A DNA stretch of 64,000 nt from the human T2T-CHM13v2.0 reference genome, Homo sapiens (GCF_009914755.1 NC_060936.1), one strand, 5' to 3'. Counted from the first letter of the stretch, positions 1 through 19,149 are shown. Notes: a model not told the origin generated them from the sequence alone. Made by a program: numbers and translations.

Positions 1-2597
1 AGACAAGGACACTACAAGAGAATAAAACTACATGCCAATATTCCTAAAGAATATAGATTTAAAAATCCTCAGTAAAATGCTGGTTAACTGATTTCAACAG
101 CACATTAAAAAGATCATTCGCCACAATCAAGTGGTATTTATCCCAGGGATGTGAAGATAGTTCAACACACATAAATCTATAAATGGGATTCACTATATTA
201 ATATGAAGGGTGAAAGTCATGTGATTATATAGATGCAAAAAAGTATTTGAAGAAATTCAACAATCCTTCATGATAAAAAAACCTTTCAATGAACTAGATA
301 TAGAAAAGGTACATACATAGACTGGATTTCAACACAATAAAGGCCATATAAGACAAGCCTGAAGCTAACATCATACTGAACAGTGAAAAGTGGAAAACTT
401 TTCCTGTAAGATTAGAAACAAGAAAAGGATGCCCACTTTCCCCACTTTAATTCAACATAGTACTAGAAGTGCTAACCAGAACAATTAGGCAAGAAAAATA
501 AATTAAAAATAATTATACAGGAAAGGAAGAAGTAATATTTTCTTTGCTGAGTGATAACATGATCTTATACATAGAAAAGCTGGAAGACTCCCCAAAATAC
601 TGCTATAAATGATTTTTAAAATCAGTAAAGTTTCAGGTGACTAAATCAACTTACAAAAGTCAGTAGAATTTTTATACAGTAAGAATATACTATTCAGAAA
701 AGAAATTAATAAAACAACCTCATTTTCATAGCTTCAAACATATTTAATATTATAGTAAAATTAGCCAAGAAAGTGAAAGATCTGTCCAGTGAAAACTATA
801 AAATATTCATAAAAGAAATAAAAGAAGACACGAATAAATGACAGACATGCCATATTTCATGGACCAAAATAATATTGTTAAAATGTCCATACTACAAACA
901 GATCTATAGATTCAATTCAATATCTGTCAGTATGCTAATGTCACTTTTTACAGATAGAGGAAACAATTCTAAAATTTGTGTGGAACTAGAAGCCAATCCA
1001 AATAGCCAAAGCAATCTTGAGCAAAAAGAACAAAGCTGGAGGCATCATAATTCCTGATTACAAAATGTATTATGAAGCTATAGACATCAAACTCTCATGG
1101 TACTTGCATAAGAGTAGATACATCAACCAAAGAAAAAAGATAAAACCCTCAGAAATAAACCCTAGTATTTATGGTTAATTGATTTTTGACAAATGTGTCA
1201 ACACATGATGACGAAAGTTTATTCAGTACATAATGTTAAGAAAATTGGATATCCATATCAGAAGAATGAAATTGAACCCTTATCTCACACCATACACAAA
1301 AATCAACTCAAAATAAGTAAAAACCTTCAATGTGAGACTTGAAACTGTAAGCTACTAGGAGAAACATAGGAGAAAAGTTCCATGTCATTGATCTGGGCAA
1401 TTATTTTTTGGATGGGACTCTAAAAGCACTAGCAACAGAAGCAAAAATAAAGTGGGATTACATCAAACTTAAAAGCTTCTGCATAGCTAAGGAAGCAATC
1501 AATAAAACAAAAAGACAACCTATGAAACAGGAGAAAATATTTGCAAACCCCTTACATTAGAACCCATATATCTGAAGAGGGTCTAATATCAAAAATATAT
1601 AAATAACTCAAACAACTCAATAGCAAGAAAACAAATAACCTGATTGAAAAATGGGCCAAAGATCTGAAAAGACATTACTCAAAAGAAAAGATATAAATGG
1701 CTAGCAGATATATGAAAAAAAGTTCATCTGTAATTTTCAGAAAATGCAAATTAAAACCACAACATGAGAGCACTTCACACTTGTTAGAATGGCCATTATC
1801 AAAACAAAACAAACAAACAAACAAAACAGGGAAAACAAATGTTAGCAAGAATGTGGAGAAAAGGAAACCTATGTGTGTTTTTGGTCTGATAAATTAGTAA
1901 AGCCATTTGGTGCAGCTGCTATGGAAAACAGTATGAGGGATCCTCAGAAAACTAAAAATAGAATTACCATATGACCCAGCAATTCCACTTCTGGCTATAT
2001 ATCCAAAGAAATTTAAATCAGTATATCCCAGCAATATCTGCACTCCCATGTTTATTTCAGCATTATTCTCATTAGCCACTTCCAATATGGAAGCCACCTA
2101 ATTATCTGTCAAAAGATAAATAGCTAAAGAAATTGTGGTAGATATACTACTCTGACTTAATAGAGAAGGAAATAGGAAATTCAGACATTTACAACATGGA
2201 TGGAACTGTAGAAAGTTATGCTTCATGAAATAAGCCCAGGCACAGAAAAATAAATAGTATATAATCTCACCTATATGTGAAATCTAAAAAAGTTTATCTC
2301 ATAGAAACAGAGAGTCAAAAAGTAGTAACCAGAGGCTAGGGGGATGGGGCAGTATGGGGTAAGAGGAGATGTTGATCAAAGGGTACAATATTTTAGTTAG
2401 ATTGAAGGAATATTTTTTACTGATCCATTGCATTGCATGGTGACCACAGTTAATAATAATATAAATTTCAAAATTGCTGAAATAATAGATTTTCAACATC
2501 TTGACTCCCAAAGGGCTAAGTCATTGAGGAGATAGATGAAACATCATACTGTACCCCATAAATATACATAATTATTATTTGTCAATTAAAAATAATT
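1..2597 (+). mobile_element. Old LINE-1 (L1MA-type) ORF2 3' half plus 3' UTR, degraded; runs off the left window edge
   Basis: Continuous L1 ORF2-like sequence (aaggatgcccactttccccacttt..., gctggaggcatcataattcctg, cccagcaattccacttctgg) ending in an L1MA-type tail 'gtaccccataaatatacataattattatttgtcaattaaaaataa'; many stops and frameshifts. Confidence 0.88.
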
Positions 2598-3930
2598 TTA
2601 AGAGTACATTATTTAACTGACATCATTCAAAGAGGGTAAAATACATATTTAGACATACATATTTACAGAAAAAAGCATACGTGTAATATTTCTGAGAATA
2701 ATTTCAATAAAATGTTTTAAAAAATCATTTTGAAAAAGGAGATTCTAGAAATGGTAAAAAATAAAGTCTATAAACAATATGAAAGAAATAGCAGTATATT
2801 GTAAAAAATGTTCATATTAAAATGCTGATGAAATGTAAACTTTAACATATGTTATAGAAATAGATTTCAATGTATTTTCCTAGATGCATACAATAAACAC
2901 ACAAGACAAGGCAATAATAGCAAAAACAGAAACAAAATATCTTGATGAGGTTGAAGTTGGAAGTTAAGATCCATTGGGAAGGCAGGTAATCACGTTTTAA
3001 CTTTGATTCATCAGTAAACGATTAAGATTTTAATTGATAAAGACTAGCACCATCAACTAACAGTTACCAGGTGCAACTTCTCTAATTCACCATGTGGTTT
3101 ATGCCACGGCCACTCTAAACTTGACCCAGCCCTAAGGGATTAGGGAGCCCATTAATAGGAAACTTTCTTTTGAGATTCACCAATGGCTTTTTTGAGACAT
3201 TCTCAGAACTCAGAATCAATGAAAACTTGAGAAAGCAGTATCAAAACATTTATGGAATGTCAGCATCAGGTAATGGCACTTTTAAGAGCTAGACCTAGAG
3301 CAACTCAACTGCAGGGCCCCCAAAAGTCAAAATCTGAGAAGAAATAATCTAATTGCTAAACGTGCCTATGATGTACAGCCCTAGATCTAATACACATCAC
3401 CAAATCAATCAGAAATTCCTGGAATAAAGCCCCTGGCAGAACTAATGAGAGGATTATGTTATGGTATCTATTATACATATAATTGTAACTCATGCATAGC
3501 AAGTTTTATTAATGGGAGAATAATTTTTTATTATTACTATTTATGTTTTTAAGAAGGTTTTAGATAAAATATGCTAACATAAGATATGGAATTATTTCTG
3601 AATTTATCTTAAAGAGATGAGTTGCTAAGGCTGTGACTATACTCTTACAAATGGGAATTTTCAGGGGAAGGATAGATGTAGAAGCATAATAAGCTGGCTG
3701 AATATTGAATGAGGTTATGGCTACTACCATGCACATCCTCCTCTGATGATCATAAATTGAACTTTACAGATTTCCTGAGAAATGAACAGAAGCAGCAAGC
3801 AGAAGTCAAGTAATGGTCTTGGTGAAAAATAGATTTCTAACTTTGTAATTGTCACCCCTATATCCTACCCAATGGAGAATGTCTGAATCAACCTCCTTTA
3901 GGCACAAACATAAGAAAAAACATGAGTAAG

Positions 3931-4424
3931 ATAAAAACACATGCACACGTATGTTTATTGCGGCATTATTCACGATAACAAAGACTTGAAACCAACCCAA
4001 ATGTCCAACACTGATAGACTGGATTAAGAAAATATGGCACATATACACCATAGAATACTATGCAGCCATAAAAAATGATGAGTTCATGTCCTTTTGAGGG
4101 ACATGGATGAAATTGGAAATCATCATTGTCAGTAAACTATCGCAAGAACAAAAAACCAAACACCGCATATTCTCACTCATAGGTGGGAATTGAAGAATGA
4201 GATCACATGGACACAGGAAGGGGAATATCACACTCTGGGGACTGTTGTGGGGTGGGGGGAGGGGGGAGGGATAGCATTGGGAGATATATCTAATGCTAGA
4301 TGACCAGTTAGTGGGTGCAGCGCACCAGCATGGCACATGTATACATATGTAACTAACCTGCACAATGTGCACATGTACCCTAAAACTTAAAGTATAATAA
4401 TAATAATTAAAAAAAAGAAAAAAA
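3931..4424 (+). mobile_element. Young L1PA (L1PA2-like) 3' fragment, ~490 bp, 5'-truncated
   Basis: 3' UTR 'gatcacatggacacaggaaggggaatatcacactctggggactg', G-rich tract and A tail; TSD aagaaaaaa(a)catgag at 3912-3926 and 4415-4430. Confidence 0.93.
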
Positions 4425-4721
4425 CATGAGGGTCTAACAGTTCATGTCATTTACTTTGTTTCCTTATTTGTCCAGTGTCACAATACATATGCATTTTTAT
4501 TATTGCTAATTTTTTTATTATACTTTGACTTTTAGGCTACATGTGCACAATGTTGAAGTTAGTTGCATATGTATACATGTGCCATGTTGGTGTGCTGCAC
4601 CCATTAACTCATCATTTAACATTAGGTAGATGTCCTAATGCTATCCCTCACCCCTCTCCCCACGCCACAGCAGGCCATGGTGTGTAATGTTCCCCTTCTG
4701 GTGTCCATGTGTTCTCATTGT

Positions 4722-8550
<3,829 letters not shown>

Positions 8551-8613
8551 TATGATGTTAGCTGGTTATTTTGCTCGTTAGTTAATGCAGTTTCTTCCTG
8601 GCCTGGATGGTCT

Positions 8614-8788
8614 TTACAATTTGGCATGGTTTTGCAGTGGCTGGAACCGGTTGTTCCTTTCCATGGTTAGTGCTTCCTTCAGGAGCTCTTTTAGGGCAGG
8701 CCTGGTGGTGACAAAATCTCTCAGCATTTGCTTGTCTGTAGAGGATTTTATTTCTCCTTCACTTATGAAGCTTAGTTTGGCTGGATAT
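8614..8788 (-). pseudogene. L1 ORF1p C-terminal remnant
   Basis: IYPAKLSFISEGEIKS..DKQMLRDFVTTRPALKELLKEAL in ORF 8614-8913; the upstream part of that ORF is flanking DNA. Confidence 0.9.
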
Positions 8789-10277
8789 ATTGCTAATTTT
8801 TTAAAGCCAGCGTGTTTGAAGTTTCTGTTCCAGTTAATGGGCATAGATGCATTGAAAACAACTAAGACAGAATAAACTTTCATTCCTTTACTTGGCTTAG
8901 AAGTCAGGTGCAATGGTTAATAGAAAAGTTTCTTGCAAAACTGGGCAATGGGTAAAGTTTGATGTTATTACACTTTTTAAAAAACCTGAATCTTCCCTTC
9001 CTATCTCCTGTTATCTCCAGGGAGCTGATCAACTCATTTTATCCACAGTGAAAATTCTCCCTGTACTGTTCTCGGAGGGGATTACCTCAAAATTGCACAA
9101 TTGTTACAACCACTGATCCAATGCCCTGAGGACCCAGATTTCAGTTACCTGCTCCAGGAAATTATCAGATGAACCATACTGAGACCATGGCTAATACCAT
9201 TGTTACGTAAATTCTGTTTCTGATAACTATTACAATGAATGAGTATGGAGTTAGTTTTCTACCAAGTAAATAGAGCATGCTCATTATTTAAATTGAAAGA
9301 ACAAACAATGTACAAAAGAGATTATTTTGTTGAAGAAGGCAAAAAAACCCAGCTGCTCTATTAACATTTTGGGCTATTCCCGCTTTGGATTTTTTGTTGT
9401 CTTTTTTGCTGTCCTTGAGACTATGCTTTCATTTTCTCCTCTTGGTTTGTTTTTCAAATGTATCATTCTGTATATAATATATAGTTTGGATACTTTCCAC
9501 ATGAAAAGTGGTTAAGGGAAATTATTTTCATAGTATAACTTCTGGAATACATTGCTGTTTAAAACTTGATTTTTATTAATTATATATTTCCTTCAATATT
9601 TCAAACATCTTTAATATGGTAGAGAGCATAGTGAATATAAAGTTTGTGTTCATTTAATGTAATTTGTATTGAAAAATACAAGAGAACATAATATGTATGT
9701 GTGTGTAGTCAAAGGATAATTATGAAATGAAATGGTAGGTAAGCACAATCACATCACATGATCACCCTGCCTGATTACATCTCTCTCACTGTCTCTAGGG
9801 TTAACCAGTGTATTTACGTTTGTTATGAACTTTGCCTTGATTTTTAATAGTTTTTCTAAATAATAAAAAATAGTTTGGTTTTTGCCCATTTTAAACATTA
9901 TATAAATATAAAATTATGTTTTCTTTTGTGACTTTTTACCTTGTTTTTTCTTGATATATCCATTTGTGAGATTTACCTAGTTTAATTCACATAACTATAT
10001 TTGGTAATTTTTATATACAAATTAGTATCCTGTTATATAAATATGCCACTATGTATGCATCTACTTGCATTATTCTCAGTAACAACACTTCAAGGTCAAT
10101 GGAAAGGTCAGAGTTTCCATGGATGTCAAGTAGTAAGCAGCACCAAGGGGGTAACACACTCCCCTGCTATACATTTCATTGATTTTCCTTCAATATGCTA
10201 ATGACTAAGTATAAGCAACTGTGAAAAAAAAATTAGATAGCATAGATTACTTGGTACAAGTGTTGAATGATTGAATT

Positions 10278-10364
10278 TTCCTCTCTCTCTCGTGCTCCCC
10301 CTCCCCCTCCCCTTCCCCCTCTTTCTCCTTCTCCTTCTCCTTCTTCTTCTTCTTCTTCTCTTTC
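10278..10364. repeat. Polypyrimidine simple repeat (CT)n/(CCCCT)n/(CTT)n
   Basis: Seen directly in the sequence. Confidence 0.85.
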
Positions 10365-10936
10365 TAACCTCTGTTTCTGCCTGAATTACTGCTCAGCCCT
10401 GGTCACTGCACCAAATGACCACTGCTTGTGGATGTAAACAAAAGAGGTCATCTTATCAATGTTTGGCAGTCCACAGCCAACTCCACACTTTTTGACTCAG
10501 GGAGTAGGTGTTTGGTGTTAATTAGTAGGGTTAATTTATATGCCATTTGAAAGTGTACTAGATACTTCAAGTGGACCTATCATTTTATTAGTTTATGTTG
10601 CATCAACCATATTCTGATTGATTATGCTCAATGTGTTATACATCCCTTGCATAACTATTACATGAGTGGTTTGCATAACATACTAGCTATGAAACTTTTC
10701 AAAAATATATTTCAGAAACTTCTGGTACCTTCCAAAACATGTGTATTACAATTTTCTATAACCTTGAAGCAACTATTTTTAAAATAACAAATTGCTTTCC
10801 AGCAAGTAAAAATGCCTCTGAGAAAGCCAATTTTAATCTCAGTGAACATATTTATACTCATATATTAAATTGTAGGATGAGGCATACTTGGTAAGCTTCA
10901 TTTGACACGTAATAGACCATTCCAGTCGTTGATCAT

Positions 10937-11385
10937 TGTTTCAATTCAGGTCTTCTGAGAAGCAAACACCAGCAGGGGATTAAAAGTACAAGAGATTTCC
11001 TAGGGGCAACCCTGTTAAGAATCCACTGAAGAGATTGAAAGTAGGGGGAAGTCTTCATGCTACATTGCAGGTCTGACAACAGTTTAAGGAAGAATTGGGC
11101 AAGAAGAATCCAGATTACTGCACAGTTTTAAGAGAGTTTTGATCAGAATAGTGGGGAGTCCCCAAGTCAAAATTTCTCAGTAAAGGAGCTCCATGTCCTA
11201 CAGAAATGAGCCAGCATTGATACCTTGCCATGCTCAGTCATTGGCTAACAACAGCCTGGGGAATATGTGGTCTGGTTGTGAACATTATGGTGATTTCATA
11301 AGAGTGGCCACTGGGCTGTTAACTATGCTCCCTGCAGCCAGTTCTCTTGTTGAAGATTGAGCAGCACATTTCAATTGCTGCCACC
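10937..11385 (-). mobile_element. ERVL-class LTR (LTR33-like), 3' LTR of a proviral remnant
   Basis: 'tgtttcaattcaggtcttctgagaagcaaacacc...gcaggtctgacaac...ccatgctcagtcattggct...gctgccac' resembles the reverse complement of LTR33; followed by a polypurine-tract-like ggggataag on the minus strand. Confidence 0.7.
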
Positions 11386-12791
11386 ACTTATCCCCACAAA
11401 TGTGCTTTTCATTAGGAAGTATCTCAGGAAAGGGAGGCTCAAGGGAATCAAGTATCCATTCCTTCTTACAATGGGGCAAGGTAGCACTGAGAGACACCCA
11501 GTGAACAGTGAGATTTCACCAATAATCCTTTTTGTTTTCCCTGTATAAAAGCAGGCATAACTTCTCCTGCTGAACTGGGTCACTTACTCTTGCTTAGATG
11601 ATAACACTGTTTCTTGCCTGTTGGTCCCTAGACCAAAAATATATCTGAAGGACATTGGCAATAGCTACACCATGTACATCAATGGCAATGTTTCTGTGTT
11701 CCCTTTGAGGAGATCTGAGTTTCAGGGTCAAATAACACAGTTTCCCAGTTGATCATTGAGAATCTTGTTAAGTGAGGCCAGCACTCTTCTTGCTAATTGG
11801 TACTTGGATTCTTTCTACTGATATATGGCATAATATACACATCTTGAGTTTAATTTATCTACTATATTCTGAAAGCATCTCATCCTTTCAGAATATTGCC
11901 TCTAAGGAGGTGCTTTACCTGTGCCTCTACTAAGGTGTTTAGCACTTTACTAGGCTAGCAGCTTCCAGATGGTGTGTTATATAATACAATCGGTAGATCA
12001 TATGATTAAGGGTCTATTCCTGTATCTTCTTCTCTGTGTAGTGGGGCCCCTGGTGAAATGTTGTATTATGTGGTGCCATGAAGTAAACATTTTAAGAAGC
12101 TCTTACAGACACTGACTTAGGCTCTTTCGGCAGGAAAGGCAAAATCATGCCCAAGAGAAGTATCTAAACTACTGAACTTTATAGGACAGGAAGAGTTTAA
12201 AATTGTTGTCTAGTTAACAATTGACCAGTTGCTTCTTGAGGAATGATGTTATGTTTTGGGCTTACTGTTGGTTTCTGTACCTGGCAGTTGACTATTCAGA
12301 GATAATATTAGCTATATGATCTCAGTAAATGGGAGTCAGTGTTACGGAGCCCACAAATACCTTCCGTATCTGCCACTGTGGCTACTTCATACATGTGCCA
12401 TTATGCCTGATCTTATATAACCAATGAAGAAAAGCTAATGCTAACTGACCAAGTCATTTTGTAGACCTGAAGTTTGAGTGTGTTTTCAGATGCATACTTT
12501 CTGGTGAGCATTAACATATAAATACAATATCTTCATAATTTATGCCTACTCCAAATGTCTGTTCACATGCCTGTACTCTTCCTTGTCTCTGATCCTCCAG
12601 TCGTTTTCCTTCCCAGTCTCCTGCCATTAACCACTTTCCAGAATCTATACCTATTGTTACCTCTGACCACTTCTTCCATACAGAGTAGATTACTAGGTAC
12701 ACCACTTGCCGCTTTATCCACTAAGAAACTTCTCCATCTTAATTATCTTATAATGCCACCCATAAATGTAACAGTAATGTAGCTGCCTTTA

Positions 12792-13160
<369 letters not shown>

Positions 13161-13794
13161 CAATAACAAAGCAATCTCAGAATTATCCTCTTTTTTCTGC
13201 TGGTCATATGTTACTCCACATACAAAGGTACAAACAGAAGAAAGTAAAACCATGGTGGGTGCCATGGGTTTCTGGGCTACCAATAACCTATGTCTGTAGC
13301 TCACTCATAACTTCTGGTTTGGTTTGTCCTCAAACCTATATTTATAGACTGTTTCTAAGCCCTTCCAAGTAAGTAGGTCCCAACTTGGTAGATCTAACAG
13401 AATCATGCTAAAAAGAAAAAGATCTGAATACAGGCCATTTGGTTTCCTCTGGTTAAGATAATTCTTAATGGCTTAGGGTAAGCATATCATTATTTACTGC
13501 AGATGAAATGATGTTGTCCCCAAACACCAAATAATTAAAGTGTAATTCCTCTACAGCAGAGAATGTGGTTCGTGCTATGGACTTGCCATTGAATCCTTTC
13601 ATCTTTTGTCAATTCTGACACGATAAGGTCTACGAATAGTATGTACCAAGTGGTGGGACTGGTTGCGTGGCAGCCTCAATTTGTTGTAGAGTTTTCCTAG
13701 CCTAGGTTCTTTTTACATATAGCCACTTTTGCCATCTGATATATTCCTAGGTGTGGACTCTGATGTTTCCAGAATCCAAAGAAGTCTACAGGAC

Positions 13795-14155
13795 TGATAT
13801 GGTTTGGCTGTGTCCCCACCCAAATCTCAAATTGTAGCTCCCATAATTTCCACATGTCATGGGAGGCACCAGGTGGGAGGTAACTGAATCATGAGAGCAG
13901 GTCTTTCCTGTGCTCTTCTCATGACAGTGAATAAGCCTCACATGATCTGATGATTTTATAAAGGGGAGTTCCCCTGGACATGCTCTCTCTTGCCTGCTGC
14001 CATGCAAGACATAACTTTGCTCCTCCTTTGCCTTCCACCGTGATTGTGAGGCCTCCTCAGCCATGTGGAACTGTGAATCAATTAAACCTCTTTCTTTTAA
14101 AAATTACCCAGTCTCAGGTATGTCTTTATTAGCAGCATGAGAACAGACTAATACA
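13795..14155 (+). mobile_element. THE1B solo LTR (ERVL-MaLR)
   Basis: tgatatggtttggctgtgtccccacccaaatctc...gagaacagactaataca; 5-bp TSD aggac/aggat. Confidence 0.93.
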
Positions 14156-14959
14156 AGGATACTGCTTATTGCTTCTTTGTGAATGATATTATAATATGAG
14201 ATGAAGTGATATGTCTTTTAGTTTGGTGGGGAATATCCTGGAATGCTTTTCAGCACTGAATAGACAACCATTTTCTGAATTGGTAGGTACTCAAAACTTC
14301 ATAGGGTTAATCTCTCACCTGCTGAAATACATTCATCTTACTAAAGCTTCCAGTACATTAACCGTCTCTTGGTTGCCTAATCTAGTTAGTCAGATGTGCT
14401 TAATGTAGTAGGTCAATGTTATGGTTTGTATTTCACACCACCCAGCACTGACATACCATGAACCAAACATCTGTTGTGATATAGCTTAACCTGGAAGGAA
14501 GTCAGGGATTCTTGCACAGAGAAAATAACATCTTCTGCAACAGGCAAAGACTCACAGTCATTGACAGAGTAGAACAAACTTTTCATGTAGATCAGAAGGA
14601 CAGAAGATGCAGCATGGGTGGAAACCGGTTTTATTTGAGAGATAAATGAAGATTGCCCTGACCCAAATAACAATCCTACACTTCTTTTACAGTACCTTTA
14701 ACTTCTACCAACAGAGATTGTTTATATTGTAAACAATGTCTAAGAACCTCCTGTTAAATTACAAATATCTCTAAAAGAGAAAATGTACTATTCCATTGTC
14801 AACTTCTAATAAAATAGATTAAGCAATTGCTTCTCAAAAGATTTGTCAGGGTTTTAAGAGGAGCAGCCATGCATTTGGGGATAGTAATGAGAAAGAAACA
14901 AATTTATTTCAACTCTCTTCTTTAAATTTTACTATGTGATTTCTCATTACCCAAAACAA

Positions 14960-15400
14960 AATAAAGTAGTTATCCTTGGCATGGAATATAAAATCATCCC
15001 TAATCTAGGCCTTGCTAACCTGGGCATTCTTTTTATCACCTGTTTTCCATTTATATATCATTTTAGCCACATCAAATTTTTATTATTTCCATTGTCTCAA
15101 GACATCCTCTGTCAGTTAACTAAACTCTACTCATTATTCAATACGTAAGTGAGGGCTTACTTCTGTGAAGTCTTTCATGCTTGTCTTCCCTCAAACTTTT
15201 CCTCAGGCTTGATTAGGTGAGTTTCCTATGAGCTCCCATAATATACTACAAATTTATCTCTTTATATTTGTCTTGTTAATGTTCAGATTATATATATATT
15301 TCTCCCAATAAAATGAAAGGTAGAGGCATTGCCAAGTGACCTTGATATATTGAGCCATAAAGACAGTGGCAGCACATAATAGGTGCTCAACAAACAAGTA
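14960..15400 (+). mobile_element. L2 3' fragment
   Basis: Ends with L2-type 'gcacataataggtgctcaacaaac'; heavily diverged. Confidence 0.5.
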
Positions 15401-18400
15401 GATAGATGATTAAATTACCACAGATCCAGGGGACCTCTCATGATGAACAGACATCAAACAGACACCACAATGAGTGTTCTTTGGACTACATAAGAAATGG
15501 TAAACCTAAAATATTGCTTTCATCAGATTTTTTACTGAGAGTCACCCTTATAAAACAAAATTATTTACTCTGATGCATATACTGTATACTCCCCAAGTGC
15601 ATGAAGTTAGCTCTGGAGGTGTCTTATAAGTTACTTTTATAAATCACCAGAGAAAAGATTGTGAAATAATAACTAAGTGTTTGGGGAATTTGCAATAAGC
15701 CCTAATGCATACAGAGAGTAAACTAAGTGGTATGCATCATTAAAAAATAAAAATATTTTCTTCTTCATATTTTAAACCCTTTAACTGCATTTAAATATTT
15801 AAAGCTTAGACTCTTCAGAGGAAATGAAAGCACCGTGGATGTCTCTGGAGGGATGCTTCCATCCAGTGCTCCTGAGCTAATGTCAATATTTACATGTTTT
15901 AAAAGTCATCTGTAAATGGCAGGAATTCTTCATCCTGAAATAGTTTGGTTCTGGTTCAGCCTAACAAGCTACAGATGTTTATAACAGAATCCACATCCTG
16001 CAAACCCTTTTAACTTATAATGCAATTTATCTTGCCTCAAAGTCACTTACGTAAAACTTGACTACCATTTTCCACATATTTTGCTTTTTAAAAAATAATT
16101 GAGATAATGACTGTTAAATGCCTACTTTATTGGAGACAGTATACTGGAGCTAACTATGCATTGTCTCCAATCTTTGCCCCTAGTTAAGTATGCTATTTGT
16201 ATACTTAACTTAGATAAGGGAACTAATGTTTAGAAAGGATAAGTGACTAATTCAAGGAGTAGCTGCAAATATTTTAGGATATAGGGTTGTAGAAAGAAAC
16301 TTTTCAGGACATCCAATTGTTTAAACCTATACTAAAAGTTAACTGAGTATTTGCAAGCATAATTATTAAAAACAAAGTAAAAAAGGCCTAAAAATGAACA
16401 TACACAATCCCAGTAGAAAAGAGTATGAGGTAAGAATGCATAGAGGGGACAAATGAAATTCATATAAAAATATTACATTGTATAAATTATAAATTTCTCC
16501 ATAGTTTATGCATTTATTCCAGAATATGTGGAAATATTTATTATACTGACTCTAATACATGTATAACATATGTGTAAATATGCATACAAAATACAAAAGA
16601 ATCAAAATTACATTCAAGATTATAAGGACAGAAGAAAAATGTCCAGGTTAATAGAAACCTCATAACATGTTCCTACTTATTTAGATTAGTTTTATTTAAT
16701 TATGTTTTAAATTATATAAATGTCAGGTTACTAGTTGGTGAAGATTGTTAGAAACAATTTGCAAATCAGATATAAAGCAGAGAGGGAAGAAGGCACAGAA
16801 GAAAAAGTTAAGAAAGAGAAGGTTGAGAAGACAGATAAGGAGACTGATTATTAATCAACTTTGCAGATTTTAAATTAAATATGTAAAAATATTTTCAACC
16901 ATATATGGATAAATTAGACTATGGTGCAGAGGCTTATTTAAATTACTTTAATTTCAATAATATCAACAAATTTTATTTGACCTCTTCATCATAAAATGCA
17001 AGTTGCATCATGCCATTCCAAAGGAAGAAAAGGAAATGCACTTATTATCTTTCATTCTAAATGAAGAAAACAGAAATGCATTTATGACCGCAAATAAGTT
17101 TCTCAGGCAGATAAAACAAGTGGTATGTTCTACCTTGCCCCATCTTATTTTATTGTCTCTCATTGATCATTGAAAGACTTGAGGTTTTGATCACTTATCT
17201 CAAATCAGATTATTATTTTCTGAAATATAATTACTGTAATTTATTATTTATTGCCATCTTGTTGTGTAATTCAGAGCATGATAGAATGCTATTGGAGCAG
17301 TATCTCCTAGGTTAATCTACTCTACAATACTCACACTTAAAAATTTAAAAAGAAATAAAAATACTGTAAAAGAAAATGTTTATGTACATGTGTAACAGAA
17401 ACAAAACTCACTATCAATTTAATGACACATTTTACTAATAAGGTTGAGGAAAAATTAAATATTTCAATGTGTTTTAAATAAAATGTTACCTCTTTAAAGA
17501 AGTACTATATAAAATTTAAATGTGAAGAATGTTATTGGTGTTTTATTTTTAAATAAATTACAAACATATTTATTAATTGGTCTATGCCTTTAGGGGACTC
17601 ATTTAGAAGCTAGGTATCATCAAATAATTGAATCTGCAACAGGATTGGGAAAAAATAGATCAAAATTAAGAAGATAACTCAGTAATTTCCTGGCCAAGAA
17701 TTAGAAAGCTTCACATATTTATAAGAAATCAGAATACCTATTTACAGGGGAAAGGAATGTAGTTAAGTAAATTTGACACCAGTGTAATATTTTTCTCCAC
17801 TTTGTCTTTAAAGTATATCTATATAAATTAGAGTGTACTTGGACTGAATAACTTTTTGAGTTTCTTCCAGTTAGGTGATTGCTAGACATGACAGTATTTC
17901 TTTTCACTCACCATAGTACCAGAATAATATTGACTTAAAAATCTAGTCATTCATGGATATACACCTGAGTCTGAAGGGTCAATGGTTTATAAAAGAGCCT
18001 GTGTCTGTCCTGGCATGGTTCTGAACATTTGGCAGGATTTATTCAAAAAGGTTCGAGAGGCATTTCTGGCAGAAACATACAGCGATGCTTACTTTCACTG
18101 TTCTTGGCTCTAGCTGGTGCTATTTAGCCATCATTTTATGAAAACGTGAACACAAAGCTCAGTCATGCCTTTTAGAGTGGAGAAAAAGAGCTAAGCTAAA
18201 AATAGGCCATCATTTCATTGAGCTGCAGTCACGCAGTCTTACCTGGTGTGCATTTGTTGCTAACTGGCCAACTCCCCCAAAGTAGATAGTGGAGTTTTCT
18301 TGGCCTATCCTTTCATGTGCAGATATGATTCAGACTATGAAGTTTTATTTAATTCTAAGTGCTATAGAGCAAAAATTTGCCTTGTAACAAGATAGTGAAT

Positions 18401-19149
18401 CTTGATCAACTCTAGCTGTGGAATAGTTTACCGATATCTAAGAATAAAGAGAGAAAAATGTGTTTCCTCCTTAAAAATATAATATCCAACATTGTTGAAT
18501 TTGTCTTTTTATAACTAATTTAGTTCTAACACATCGAATAGAAAAGGTTCTTTACAAGAGCATGGCCTAGGGCCTAGGTGCTCAATTAGTATTTTTCAAT
18601 TAAATTTGACTTTGATTTCATAGTAAAAAAAAATGTTGATAAATTTTAAAGACTATAATCATACTTTTTGCAACTAAACAAATAAATAATAATCCATCCT
18701 GTTTCTAATAGTTAACATACTTTTGGAAATGAGGTTTGGTAGATCTACAAAAATATTTCATATTATTTTATCTTTAATATGTTTCAATGCTTGCACCAAT
18801 TATTAAAGTTAGAACAACAAATATACAAATAAAATATTTAAAAGTGATTATATTGCAAATACAGTATTTTAAAATCTATTTTAATACAAAATATTACAAA
18901 ATGATTTACAACTTTTTCATTAACACAGTGACAGATAAAAATTCAACATTCTTTTATCTCCAATTCTGCAATTCTATCATATTATAGTGGCCAATAATGA
19001 ACATTACAGATATATTCTCTCAGATATTTTTCTTTGTTCAAAAACGTACTTAAAAAATATTTTTAATATGTTATTTTTCTTTGCTTTTTTTGTTTTAAAC
19101 AGTCATATGTCTTTTATTTTACTTTTTTTTTCGTGTTGTCAAATGTGAT

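Noticed and set aside
14419-14673. 84-aa minus-strand ORF in mostly unique DNA
   Set aside because: Non-ATG start, no recognisable domain or convincing splice context, and it runs into the ERV remnant.
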